A stretch of 64,000 nucleotides of DNA. It comes from Glaucostegus cemiculus. Taxonomy: Eukaryota. Position numbers and translations under genes: made by a program. Positions 52,701 through 64,000 of the stretch are shown here, piece by piece (positions within the stretch are counted from its first letter, which is position 1; each line of letters begins with the position of its first letter). The notes under the pieces are model-generated. The model searched no databases and had not been told where the DNA came from. It saw nothing but the letters and a program-made list of their open reading frames with translations. The stretch is taken from positions 9,858,001 through 9,922,000 of the forward strand of contig CDPCPM010000091.1 in assembly GCA_976551045.1 (NCBI GenBank). Direction: 5' to 3'.

Positions 52701-54288
52701 TCACATTGAACCCTACAACAGGATAAAAAGCAATGAAACATGTTTCAGATTCCAAGGCACAGCACGTGACCCTATGCCAGCTTGACTCAGAGCTGCTGAA
52801 GACTGATTCTGTGAGAAAGTGGCATGATTCTTGGATTTACTGCATTGTTGGTCACAATACATGCACATACTTTCGGGAGTTGCTCATCAACCGCAAACAA
52901 GCCCAAGTCACATGCCGATGTGATTCAATCGCTTAAGTCAGTAGTTTGCAACTGAAATTGCCAGTGGAAGTAATGGGACAGTTATGAAAGCACTTTCCTG
53001 GTTATTGTCCTGCTAGGGACTTGGAACAGGGACCTTGTTTCTTAGGTTCTGTACTGGAGATCAGAGGCAAAGAAATGGACCCTTGAAGCTCCTGAGGGAG
53101 AATTGTGGTGTTCAGGACTTCATCTGCAAATGGACTTTAGCCCTGACCTGAGTAACAATCAGAAATTTGGTCCATTGATGCTTCTAAGTTGAATTCATCA
53201 ATGTCTTCTGTAACGGAGATGGTGCAGGTAAGTATAGCCTTTTAAGTGGCAATGAGCAGCTATGTTTGTTTCTGTTAGGGGTGTCTATTCTATTCATGAC
53301 TCGTGCTCTTTTCCTGCTATACACTCGCAGTTCAATTTAGTAGCAGCAAAGTCAGATATGTGTTGCTTGATGGCTACTGTCACTGTTGCATACCTACCAT
53401 GTAGGATTGTATATAAACATATCACATACACAAGGTTGCATTGTGCACTTCACATAGTGAAATCATAATCCTATTTAACAGTTGATTTTACTCTACCAAT
53501 CAATCTCATAGTCAGTAAAAAAAAACATGCGCTATGCAGTTGAATTTCTAAGCACAAAACTCTTTAAACTGTCAAGTGCTAAACTGATATGTCCTTGAGC
53601 AATATTCTCTTCTTGATTTCCCATTGTTTCAAGCAGGAGGCTGCACCTCTACACCTTTGGCCTTGTATTACCTCTGAGGAGTACACAACAGCTTGTATTT
53701 AAAATGAGAACCAAACTCTCTGGAATACCTTTTGCTAGCTTTTATTTTGTTTGAGATTGGGTGAGTCATTCCAATACACAGGCATAACCCTTTCAGCAGC
53801 AGGAGATGTGCTGCTCAGTAAGTTATTACAGGGTAATTTTTACCACATTTGCACTTTCACAATGTGGTTAACATTTATTTATTGCTGGATTTAATGTGCC
53901 CTGGCAGAAGCCAGCATTCACTTACCAGTCCTTGGCACATGGTTCAATTGTAACTCCTTCCAACTGTTGTAAATGAGGTAGTGACTTGACGCTGGTGTTT
54001 AGGTCATTTAGCTCCAATTTTATGCAGACCTACTATGAGCTCTTGAGAAGGGTGGCTCATTGACTTCAAGTGGAAAACCAGCTGCATGTAACTTATGACA
54101 TTTAAAGCGAAGTGGCTTTTGAGAGACAAACAAATGAAGCCTACTTCACCATCGATCTGCCTCCTTATAGCTCAAAATGACAATTGTGGCCCTATTTACA
54201 GCACAGAATTGAAGTAGATTGTCCTACCACAGATCCCGAGGCCACGGAAGCCTGCTCAAAAACAGTCCAAAAAAAAACTTTTAACATT

Positions 54289-54488
54289 TAGAACATAGAA
54301 CATAGAAAAACTACAGCACAATTTAGGCCCTTTGGCCCACAAAGCTGTGCCAAACATGTCCCTACGCTAGAAATTACTAGGCTTACCCATAGCCCTCTGT
54401 TTTACTTAGTTCCATGTACCTATCTAACAGTCTCTTGAAAGACCCTATCGTATCCGCTCTAACAGTCTCTTGAAAGACCCTACCGTAC
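54289..54488 (-). mobile_element. CR1 3' tail with 35-bp duplication at its 5' junction
   Basis: (TAGAACA)n tail; tctaacagtctcttgaaagacccta repeated at 54423 and 54458. Confidence 0.85.
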
Positions 54489-54759
54489 CATATTTACATT
54501 TGGAAGAGACGCAAGTTCTTGCAGCCTGCTCTGTTGAAGAGAAGACCAGCTGCCCCTAGCAAGTGAGCTATATCAGAGCAATGATTTGGTGTGTGTTCCT
54601 CTCAGGCCTTTCTCCAGGGACATCTCTCCCATGGCTCACCCAGTGAACACTTAAAGGACCCCTGCCATACTTGATGTCATCACCAGAATATTAAGCGGTT
54701 ATCCTCAGAATGTAATTACTACTCTTTTAAAAGCATTGCCTCACAACAGTATTAAGGCG

Positions 54760-55241
54760 CAAAGATGTCACTAAGCAGGAAATAGTGCAAAGAAGATTTA
54801 CAAGAACACTGCCAGGATTCAAGGGCCTGAGTTACAGGGAGCGGTTGGACAGGCTGGGACTTTATTCCTCAGAGTGTTGGAGACTGAGGGGTGGCCTTAT
54901 AGAGGTGCATAAAATCATGAGGGACACAGATAGGGTGAGTGGGCACAGTCTATTTTCCCAGGGAAAGGGGGTCAAAAACCAAAGGCCATAGGTTTCATAT
55001 GAGAGGGGAAAGATTTAATAGGGACCTGAGGGGCAACTTCTTCATGCACAGGGGCGGTGTGTATATGCAACGAGCTGCCAGAGGGAGTGATTGAGGCAGG
55101 TACAATGACAATATTTCAAAGACACTTGGACTGTTCCAAAGGTTTAGAGTGAAATGGCATGAGCCTAGATAGGCACCTTGGTCGACATGGACGACCTGGG
55201 CTGAAGGGCCTGTTTCTGTGCTCTATTACTCTATAACTCTA
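54760..55241 (+). mobile_element. CR1 3' fragment
   Basis: QRRFTRTLPGFKGLSYRERLDRLGL; actctataactcta tail. Confidence 0.9.
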
Positions 55242-55249
55242 CTTATAAA

Positions 55250-55501
55250 TTTTTTTTTAAAATTTATTTACAGCGTGGCAACAGGCCCTTTCGGCCCAAC
55301 GAGTCCGCGCCGCCCATTTTAAACCCCAAAATTAACCTACCCGTACGTCTTTTAGAATGTGGGAGGAAACCGGAGCACCCGGAGGAAACCCACGCAGACA
55401 CGGGAGAATGTACAAACTCCTTACAGTCAGCGACGGGAACCGAACCCCGATCGCTGGCGCTGTAACAGCGTCGTGCTAACCGCTACGCTATCGTGCCGCC
55501 C
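55250..55501 (-). mobile_element. Young V-SINE, same subfamily as 9224-9467
   Basis: Close reverse complement of 9224-9467; CpGs intact; ttataa-ttt-like flanks. Confidence 0.92.
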
Positions 55502-55859
55502 AATTAATTATAATTTAGACCGTTGTCACTACTTTGGAGATATTAATTTAACAATATGATTTTGTACTGCACCCAATGTATCCTCACATATGGAGAAAGT
55601 TGGAGCGTTTGCTCTTTAACCAGCAGCACTGATGTTTTCATTTCTTCATTGGCATGTTTTTGCTCTGTTGGGGAAGGAAAGGGATGTTTGGGATGATCAC
55701 AATTGATGCTCTTTGCTCTGCACTTTCATTCTAAAGAGAGGAGAAAGGGACAGTGGGAATTATACCATCTGGAAGTAGTAGTAATGCAAAGCCAAGCTGA
55801 AATGTCAACATTAATAATAAGAAGAAGGGATGTCTGTTTCTGGCATAGAAGGAATCTAC

Positions 55860-56000
55860 ATAACAACAACTTGCATTTATATGGCACCTATTATGTAATG
55901 CACCATTCCTTGGCCGGTGCTTTAATAGGAATACTATCAGACCAAAGTTAGTCTAAAAGATAGGTTTTTAGAGGAGTCTTAAATGAGGAGAGAGAAACAA
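55860..56000 (-). mobile_element. Ancient L2/Deu-SINE-type 3' tail
   Basis: acaacaacttgcatttatatggcacct is the reverse of a ..ataaatgcaag(ttg)n tail. Confidence 0.45.
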
Positions 56001-59000
56001 AAAGCAGAAGTTTAGCCCTGGCTGGAATTGATAAACACTGCAACACCTTGCAATCTGCTTCTAAAATTCGATCCCAATTTCAGAAGCACAGCGGAATACA
56101 TTACTGTTACAATCTAATGCATAATATACTTGTGTTTTAACTATTTTTTTCTAGGTCTTCATTCCTGCAGACAAAAGTGAACCTTCCTGGAACAGAACTC
56201 AAGCTTTACCAGACAGGGATGAAGAGGGCTTGGGAACAGGAGAGCAATATTTATAGAAAGCATTGAGATTGAATTTCTGATTCTGAAAGGTGCATTACTT
56301 ACCTTCAAGTATAATATATATCATACTCCAAGTAAAGGTCAGGCTGCCTAACAAAATAAAATTACAATCAGAAAAATAAGATCAAATATGCAAGAAACCA
56401 TTTGGTACTTTGCTTTTTGCTCTTAAAATCATTCTGTTCATTTTAAGCAAATGGAACCTCATAAACCTTGAAATGCTGCCACGTGTCCAGCCACTGATGT
56501 TCAAGGATGTGAGCGGGTTGGGGAGGAAGGGGGTCAGAGACACAGTCTGGTGAGGGTCAGGAAAGCAATCAGATGGGTGAGGTAAGCCGAAGATACAATA
56601 TGGTGATGGGGTGGTGAGGAACGCAATTGTGTGTGGGGAGGGGACAATGGATGTGATCTATTTTGGGAGTGTGGGAGTGCTCTAAACAAAATGGGGGGGG
56701 CCCAACAGCATCCAGCAGTGGTGTGGATGAAATGCAATGTGTGGTGAGAGTGAACAATAAGAAAAATCTTGAAGGGTCCACCTGACCGAAAATTTACAGA
56801 TCAGATTGTGCAACCAGGATAGGACAGTCCCCTTCAGTGGCTTGGAAGCAAACCGTAACTGTCATGTTAAGGCCTGCTCTGACATTTTAGGCCATGAATG
56901 CACAACCATATTTAGCACAATTAACATCAAAATGTGTACAACATGTGTATGCTCAGTGATCTTCTTGTAGAGGTGTATCATATACTGTATATTGTCAACC
57001 CCAAACAACTTTGGTCAACTGTGCAGTCTACATGATTTTATTTTAAATTCTTTAACATAATACACCACGAAGGTTGTGTTGTGTAAAATAATGTTCATGC
57101 CAATAAAATACTCACAAGGATGTGGAGCTTTAGCTTTTACTTATCATTGATACATGTATGTGTGTATATTCTTCTCATGTTAATCAAATCTTCCTGCTTC
57201 AAGGTTCTCTATTATAAGTATGGAATAAGTATGGCTGTTTTTGAATAAGGTTCACGTGCTTTCCAAGGCACTGCTCACAGATATTTATGCATTGTCCCTT
57301 CTGCTCCTGCTTAATGCTTAATGTTCAAACCTATGAGAACTTGTAACATGAGTGGTAGAAGTGAAGATGATGCCTTATCAACAATAAAAGCAAGATATTT
57401 TTATATACCACCATTAGTTCAGTAAAATGTACTAAGTGCATCAACAAACAAAATTTGATACAAGGAGACATTTGTCCAGGTGGCCAAAAACGTTTTTGAA
57501 GATTTTTGGTTAACTAGAACACCAGGCAGAGATAAAGTCAAATAGGGGTTGGTTATGGTGGCTGTAATTCATTTTGGTCAAACGTGGGGAGTAATTTCTT
57601 GTTTCAAACTTGCCTTTGAAGGAAGTGATTTATAAGTTTAAAAATGTAATCAGCTGAAATGACCAACAAACAAATTAGGTACCAAAGGTTGTTTGCCAAC
57701 CAGAAGGAATATTACAGATATTGTGCATTTGGAGATATTGAATGTTCATGCAAGTTTCTGTCAGTCATTAAAATAACACGTCCGTTGTCTTTGTCAGGTT
57801 AATGTCTCACCTGTAGTGGAAGACATGTTGGAAAGTGGGGATATTACAACAAAGGGATCATTCATTAGGTACACTGAAAGATCATTAATCCCTGTCTTTC
57901 AGGACTTTTATTCAGGCAAAAATGAATGACAAGATGTACAACGTCAAAGGACTTGGAAAATTATGGATTATCTTTGGAATTTTGACCAATATATTGGTAC
58001 TAAAACTAATAGCTATTCAAAGACTGGTCATGTTGGGAATTGATTGTGGAAACCTACAAACTAATATTTTGGGGGTTTGTTGAATTGGCACAATTAACCA
58101 ATCTATTCTCTGGATGTTTTGCATTTTACTTTAGGCATGATAGAGGAGTTCAATATTTTAATTAAGAATTATCTGTTGCCACTTAATAGGTCAAATGGCT
58201 CTTTCCTTCTCTACTAAGGAATGATATGAATGTGACGCAGAGGGAAAATGTATATAATTTGCTTATAATTTAAATATTATTCTGTCATTTTCTATTGTGT
58301 GGGGTGGTGTGCTCCCATGGGCAATTGCAAATGGCTTTATGCTTTCCTGTAACAAAGCAACCTCCCAAAATGCAAACTGAATCTATGGAGGAAAAGTGTA
58401 TCAAAATGCAAATATTTCTGAACAGGCTCACAATTGGATGCACTTTTGCCTTGATTAATTAACTCATTGCAAAGCTCATTACTTTTGCAGCTAAAATAAT
58501 TTCACAGTGTTTACCGTGGCATTCTTTCTGCAAGGATGTTTTGACTCTAAGAATTTAGAACACTCACAAGAAAGGAATAAAAGTGCAGTCCAACATCGTA
58601 AATCACGCTGCGAGCAAAAAATGAAGCATAATTTTGCTGAACACAGACTACGTCATTGTTAAGGAACCAGAAAGCAAACCAAATAAAGTGAAAGGTTGCA
58701 CAGAACAATTCAGAAGTCTATGTACTTTGCTGATGATCACCTAGAAAGAATTGACCTGAACATTATTAAAAGTAAAACATTTTGATTCTCAAGATAAATA
58801 GCATCTGGATTGTGTAGGCTCCATACAAGTGTTTACATAGATTGTCTAAATATATTATGTATAAGGAGTAAAAGCCCTTACACTCTTTATAGTTAATGTA
58901 CATAACAATTTTTAAGCACCCACAAATGCAGGACTGAACTCAAATATAGAAAAGTTCATCTTATTTCTCAAGCATCGGAGTTGATTAAATGATCATGTGA

Positions 59001-59902
59001 TAAAGGGTGAACAAATGTCAATGTAATCTTTAGTACTTGGGAAGAGAGACCTTGTATAAAGTTGAAAAATACACAAACCTTTTCTTTCTCATAAAGAACA
59101 TTTTGCTCTTATACCTACATATTTCTGTGTAAGGCTAATTATATGGTAATCAAGTAACTCTTGGTTTTATTTTATTGGTGTTTCACTCAACATAATTTCA
59201 TGTAGTGAAAACATGGTATAAAACAGAACCAGATGACAAAATGGAGATTTTGCATGCATGCAATGCATTCAACTGTAATTTTACACTGTAAGGTGCTAAG
59301 AAGCTCATTCTATAAAATACATTTGGTATTCACCAAGTCCAGTCTAAATCTCTTTTGCAAACATTTCAGGTCTGAAAATTGGTCTTAAAGGAAAACAGCT
59401 GATGGAAAAAAAATAAAGGTATTCCAGGTGCTACTCAAACAACTAACAATCTGACATTTGGCCCTGATATTTATGGAGGAGGTGTGTGCCTGTAGACAGA
59501 CATCCTGGGAATGTAGAGGTCTTGCCACATTTAGAGGCAAGTCCCCATTAGCATTTTATTCACTCAATTTCTTGTCCGGAAGTTGGTCAAATTGGCTTGC
59601 TGCTGAGGAGGAAAACATATCCTCGAAGGCTGGATCTGTGGACTGCTGGGGATTGCCTCTGGCAATGTAGGATTGGGGAATGATGATTGTTGGCGGGGGG
59701 GGGTGGAATGGCGTGGAGAAGCCATAGAGCATGGCAGCGAGGAGTAAGTGAGGTAAAGATCAGTCGGGGAGTTAGCTGAGTGGCACTGGGAAGGTTGGAA
59801 GATCATGGGGAAAGTATCAAAGTTCTCAGGGCAGAACTGAGGTCAGATTGGCAATTGTAATACAGTGAGAAGAAATCACGGGGTGACCAGCGAAAGAGGG
59901 TC

Positions 59903-60602
59903 CTCACGAAGAAAGCCCAGAAACGCCTCTACTTCTTGCGGAGACTGAGGAAAGCGAACTCTCATCCTTCAGTTATGAAAACTTTCTATAGAGGGACCAT
60001 TGAGAGCATCTTAACCCAATGTATCACTGTTTGGTTTGGAAGCTGCTCAGCTGCTGGGTGGAAGTCCCTCCAGAGAATAGTTAGGGCTGCAGAGAGGATC
60101 ACAGGTGTCTCTCTTCCATCCATCACAGACATATACAAGGACCGTTGTTTTAGGAAGACCAAAAATATAATGGCGGATCCTTCTCACCCCTCCCATCATC
60201 TCTTTACAATTTTGCCATCTGGAAGGAGGCTCAAATGTATCAGGGCGAGAACGACCAGGCTGAGCAATAGCTTCTTTCCGCAAGCCATCAGAACTGCAAA
60301 CTCTCTCATTCCTCCATCTTCCTTGTTAACACTAAGGGATGCTAAGTGCACAGAAATGCACCAGCACTTTAAATGCCCGCCACCAGCTCATTCACTTTAA
60401 TAACTATTTATTTAATTCCTGCCGTATTTAATTTAATTCAAACTTCCGTAGTTTTTAATGTTTTTTTTCGTTTTTCAGTGTGTCTGTGTGTCTCTGCTGT
60501 TTGTTATTTAATGGGACAAGCACCTGAGGAGGACGGTATCTCGCTCCTATGCATACTATGTATGTATATGGTTGTGACAATAAAACTGATTCTGATTCTG
60601 AA
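59903..60602 (+). mobile_element. Young Rex-Babar LINE 3' fragment
   Basis: Intact 154-aa ORF 59936-60400: RRLRK..TFYRGTIESILT..DPSHPSHHLFTILPSGRR..SFFPQAIR; (CTGATT)n tail. Confidence 0.92.
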
Positions 60603-60741
60603 TTTGCTAAAGGAACCAGGAAATAAACTCTTGCTCTTGTTTTTTGTTTGCAGAGGCAGGTGCTTTCTATCCTGCCTCCAGCATATCCTGGCTTCCTTCT
60701 CTTCAATTGAGACATTGGAAATCAGAGGCTCCAAGGAATGA

Positions 60742-60884
60742 TGTTTCCTTTGAGGATCCCACTTATCTAGAGCAGGTTATTCAGTCATTCCCGAAGAATC
60801 AAAAATCAAAAAACTGCAGGGTGTTTCCTTCAAGGATCCCACTTCTCCAGAGCAAGTTACTCAATCATTTCTTGAGAATCAAAA
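60742..60884. repeat. Two-copy direct repeat, period 80 bp
   Basis: tgtttcctt..aggatcccactt..agagca.gtta..ca.tcatt..agaatcaaaa at 60742 and 60822. Confidence 0.75.
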
Positions 60885-60924
60885 TGTTTTACTTTTAATA
60901 ATGTCTCAAGTATTGAAAATCAAG

Positions 60925-61135
60925 AAAAAAACTGCAGATGCAGCAAATCTGAAATAAAAACAGAAAATGCTGAAAAGACTCAGCAGGTCAGGCAGCAAGT
61001 CTAAACAAAGGAACAGAGTTAGTGTGTCAAGTCAAACTTCCCATGAAGGGTCTTCAACTTGAAACATTAAATTTGTTTCTCTTTCCACAGATGCTGCCTA
61101 ACCTGTTGCATGTTCCCAGCAATTTTTGTTTATAC
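60925..61135. mobile_element. Penelope-derived fold-back element
   Basis: ctcagcaggtcaggcagca..acagagtt, then catgaagggtcttcaacttgaaac, then ccacagatgctgcctaacctgttg. Confidence 0.72.
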
Positions 61136-61585
61136 TTCTGCCTCAATTAAATCACGATTAGGTGTGTTTCTGTTGGGCTGAATTCAGGTTTCACATTCAA
61201 CACCCGGACTCTCTCCTACTTGTTTTAAAATTTGTCACCTTTTATTCTGGTGTTATTTTACAGAAAACGTTTTTACACTAGATTCAGCCCCAGTGATCAT
61301 TATTGGGCAAACTGAGTACATGAACAGACCTATGCAAACAAAACAGATCTTTTTCAAAAGCTGTCTGTACTATCTATGAGTTGCATAACAATGAAATCAA
61401 GTTGTCCCAATACTGGGTCCAAGGAATGTCATGCACTATCATTTAATGGTAGGTGGAAAAGATGTTCTTTCACTTAATAAGCACCAGAATGTTATATGAC
61501 AGTAAAAAAAATTGATTTATTAGCCTAATACTTGCCTATACCACCATGATTTAATTCATAAAATGTTGTTTTCCAAAGAACCTAC

Positions 61586-61850
61586 TCATAAAAACATAGG
61601 CACTTGTGTGCCTAACCGGGTTATCCACCCTTCTGCAGGTTGAGCTGTTGAAATGTTCATCCAGGTGCCTTTTAAATTAGATGCAGTTTTCTGCCTCCAA
61701 CGCACTTTCAGGCAGAGGTTTCCAGACATCACCATTCTTCGAATGAAAGGATTTTCCTTTGTACCCACTATTACTTTATATCTTTGTCCTCCAGCTATCA
61801 ACTTCTCTGTTGAGGGAACTAGATCCTCCCTGTTTATTCTAGTTAGGCTT
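61586..61850 (-). mobile_element. Old CR1 3' fragment
   Basis: Degenerate CR1 3' end (cttttaaa..tgcctcca..ggcagag.ttccag..caccattct). Confidence 0.6.
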
Positions 61851-61899
61851 TACATTGTTTTATGGCTCAATTAAATGAAGAAAGATACTCCAGATGACA

Positions 61900-62707
61900 T
61901 ATACAGATGCAGTTCAACCCGGATAAATGTGAAGAGGTTCATTTTGGTAGGTCGAATAGGATGGCAGAATATAGGATTAATGGTAAGACTCTTGGCAGTG
62001 TAGAGGATCAGAGGGATCTTGGGGTCCAAGTCCATAGGACGCTCAAGGCAGCTGCGCAGGTTGACTCCGTGGTTTGGAAGGCGTATGGTGTATTGTCCTT
62101 CATCGGTTGAGGGATTGAATTTAGGAGTAGGGAGGTAATGCTTCAGTTGTATAGGTCCCTGGTCAGACCCCACCTGGAGTATTGTGTTCAGTTCTGATTG
62201 CCTCACTATAGGAAGGATGTGGAAGCCATAGAGAGGGTGCAGAGGAGGTTTACGAGGATGCTGCCTGGAATGAGGAGCATGCCTTATGAGAGCAGGTTGC
62301 GGGAACTCAGCCTTTTCTCCTTGGAGAGAAGGAGGATGAGGGGGGACCTGATTGAGGTGTATAAGATGATGAGAGGTATGGATAGGGTAGATAGTCGGAG
62401 GCTTTTCCCCAGGGCTAAAATGGTGGCCACAAGAGGACATGGGTTTAAGGTGCTGGGGGGAAGATATAGGGGAGATGTTAGGGGTAAGTTTTTTACTCAG
62501 AGAGTGGTGAGTGCGTGGAATGGGCTGCTGGAGATGGTGGTGGAGGTGGATACGTTAGGGTCTTTCAAGAGACTGTTGGATAGGTACATGGAGGTAAATA
62601 AGATAGAAGGCTATGGGTAAGCCTAATAGTGTGGGGACATGTTCGGCACAGCTTTGTGGGCCAAAGGGCCTGAATTATGCTGTAGGTTTCTATGCTCTAT
62701 GTTCTAT
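61900..62707 (+). mobile_element. Young CR1 3' fragment
   Basis: MQFNPDKCE..QRDLGV; IERVQRRFTRMLPG..TRGHGFKV..FFTQRVVSAWN; two in-frame TGA stops. Confidence 0.94.
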
Positions 62708-63089
62708 ACTATATATGAACATCAAAGTTCAAATATCCAATGAACTAATTCAGATTATGGTCAGTTTAAAACCATGGAGCAAACCTTAAACTGTGGTAGA
62801 GTTCCACTCGAGTCACATTCAGGCTCCAAGATGAAAAAGTTTCACATCATTTGGGTTTGATATTACATGGAGCATAATGTGAGACATTGTCAAATTGGTT
62901 AAAAACAACAGTAATGGAGTTTGATTTAAGTTCAGAATGTGTGAATACTCACATCCATACTTAAAGTTTAACAGCTGGGAAGTAAGAGTCCATGCATGTA
63001 CTGCTTTCCACATGCAGGAGAATCAAAATCAGGCAGCGCAAATAAGAAACTGCCTGAAACCAATGCCGTATCTAGTGTTATCAGACCAG

Positions 63090-63545
63090 GATCTGCAGTA
63101 TAAATGACTTACAAGGATGAGACCAGAACTGCGAGGTTATACCTATCAGAAAAGATTGAATGAGCCAAGACCCCTCTCTCCAGAAGGGTGACCTGATAGA
63201 TGTTTTTAAGATAATGAAGGTTTTTGATAGGTTAGAGGTAGAGAAGACTTCCACTTGTCAGAGAGATCAAAACTGGGAGTTATAAATGAAAGGAAATAAT
63301 AAATACAGTAGGGAATTTGAGGAGAAGGGACTTTATCCAGAAAGAAGTTAGAATATGCAACTTGGTTACTACAAGGAGTAGTTGAGGCATAAAACATGGA
63401 TGTATTTAAGAAGAAGCTAGATAAATACAATGTTAGCAAAGTCTTGCTAATGGAGTGCAAGTGAAGGAGGTGCTGAGGACACGTATGGATCATAAACACT
63501 GTTATTGTCAACTTGGGCTGAATGACCTCAGTCAATGCCACAAAT
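63090..63545 (+). mobile_element. Old CR1 fragment
   Basis: agggtgacctgataga.g..tttaagataatgaagg..gtatttaagaagaagctagata. Confidence 0.7.
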
Positions 63546-64000
63546 TCTTTACAAGAACAAACTCAGGTGCCAACTAAATTTATTTCCATTATTTGTGCCA
63601 GAAAACAGGTTTATATTTTTGGAGAGTCGAACTGAAAATCAAATGTTATCAAGCCAGATTTTTGAATCTAATTTGAAGATGTTAAGATTATTATTTTCTT
63701 CTGCATAAGTTCAGCTGACGTACATGGGGAACAATGGCTGGGACCTTGCACATAAAAGCCATGTTTCTTCGACAAACTGCAGACTTTCACTGATTGTGGG
63801 GAGGTTCAGAAGTTCCAGGTGAAGGAATAAGTCTCCAGCATCTGCTCTGCTGTTCACCAGCCTCAGGACAACTGCACTCCTCCACTGGATTGCTCATGGA
63901 CACTGATAGGTAAATGTGAATGACTACAGATATCCCGGCACATAGGCTGGGAGGGCAGCTCACTGAACCTGTGCTGGAGGATAGAGTGAAGGGCAAGTTG

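Noticed and set aside
56155-56290. Coding exon after a strong ttttttctAG acceptor
   Set aside because: The frames close before any convincing donor, and the peptides are unrecognised.
1-60602. 1-235 and 60383-60602 as ends of a segmental duplication
   Set aside because: Similarity stops at the LINE tail; these are independent Rex-Babar copies.
61871-62440. 189-aa antisense ORF and similar antisense ORFs
   Set aside because: These are shadow frames of CR1 ORF2.

Overview
Repeat-rich, AT-rich vertebrate nuclear DNA. The repeat families (HER1-like CR1 LINEs, HE1-like tRNA/V-domain SINEs, Penelope, Rex-Babar) point to an elasmobranch, probably a ray or relative; this is inference. I cannot support any host protein-coding gene, and the window reads as a large intron or gene desert. 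Every recognisable ORF is a transposon fragment: about 20 5'-truncated CR1 pieces, 7 Rex-Babar pieces, RTE and older LINE relics, a Penelope element with GIY-YIG remnant and a degenerate hammerhead motif, Penelope-derived fold-backs, and PIF/Harbinger transposase fossils. There are also 4 V-SINEs with three tail types and three solo LTRs of one family, each with its own 5-bp TSD. Several unique TAAT-rich blocks may be conserved non-coding elements. I found no convincing new multi-gene system. The best leads are the variant Penelope hammerhead and its fold-backs, SINE tail swapping and the solo-LTR cluster. Boundaries of old repeats are approximate and were read by eye.
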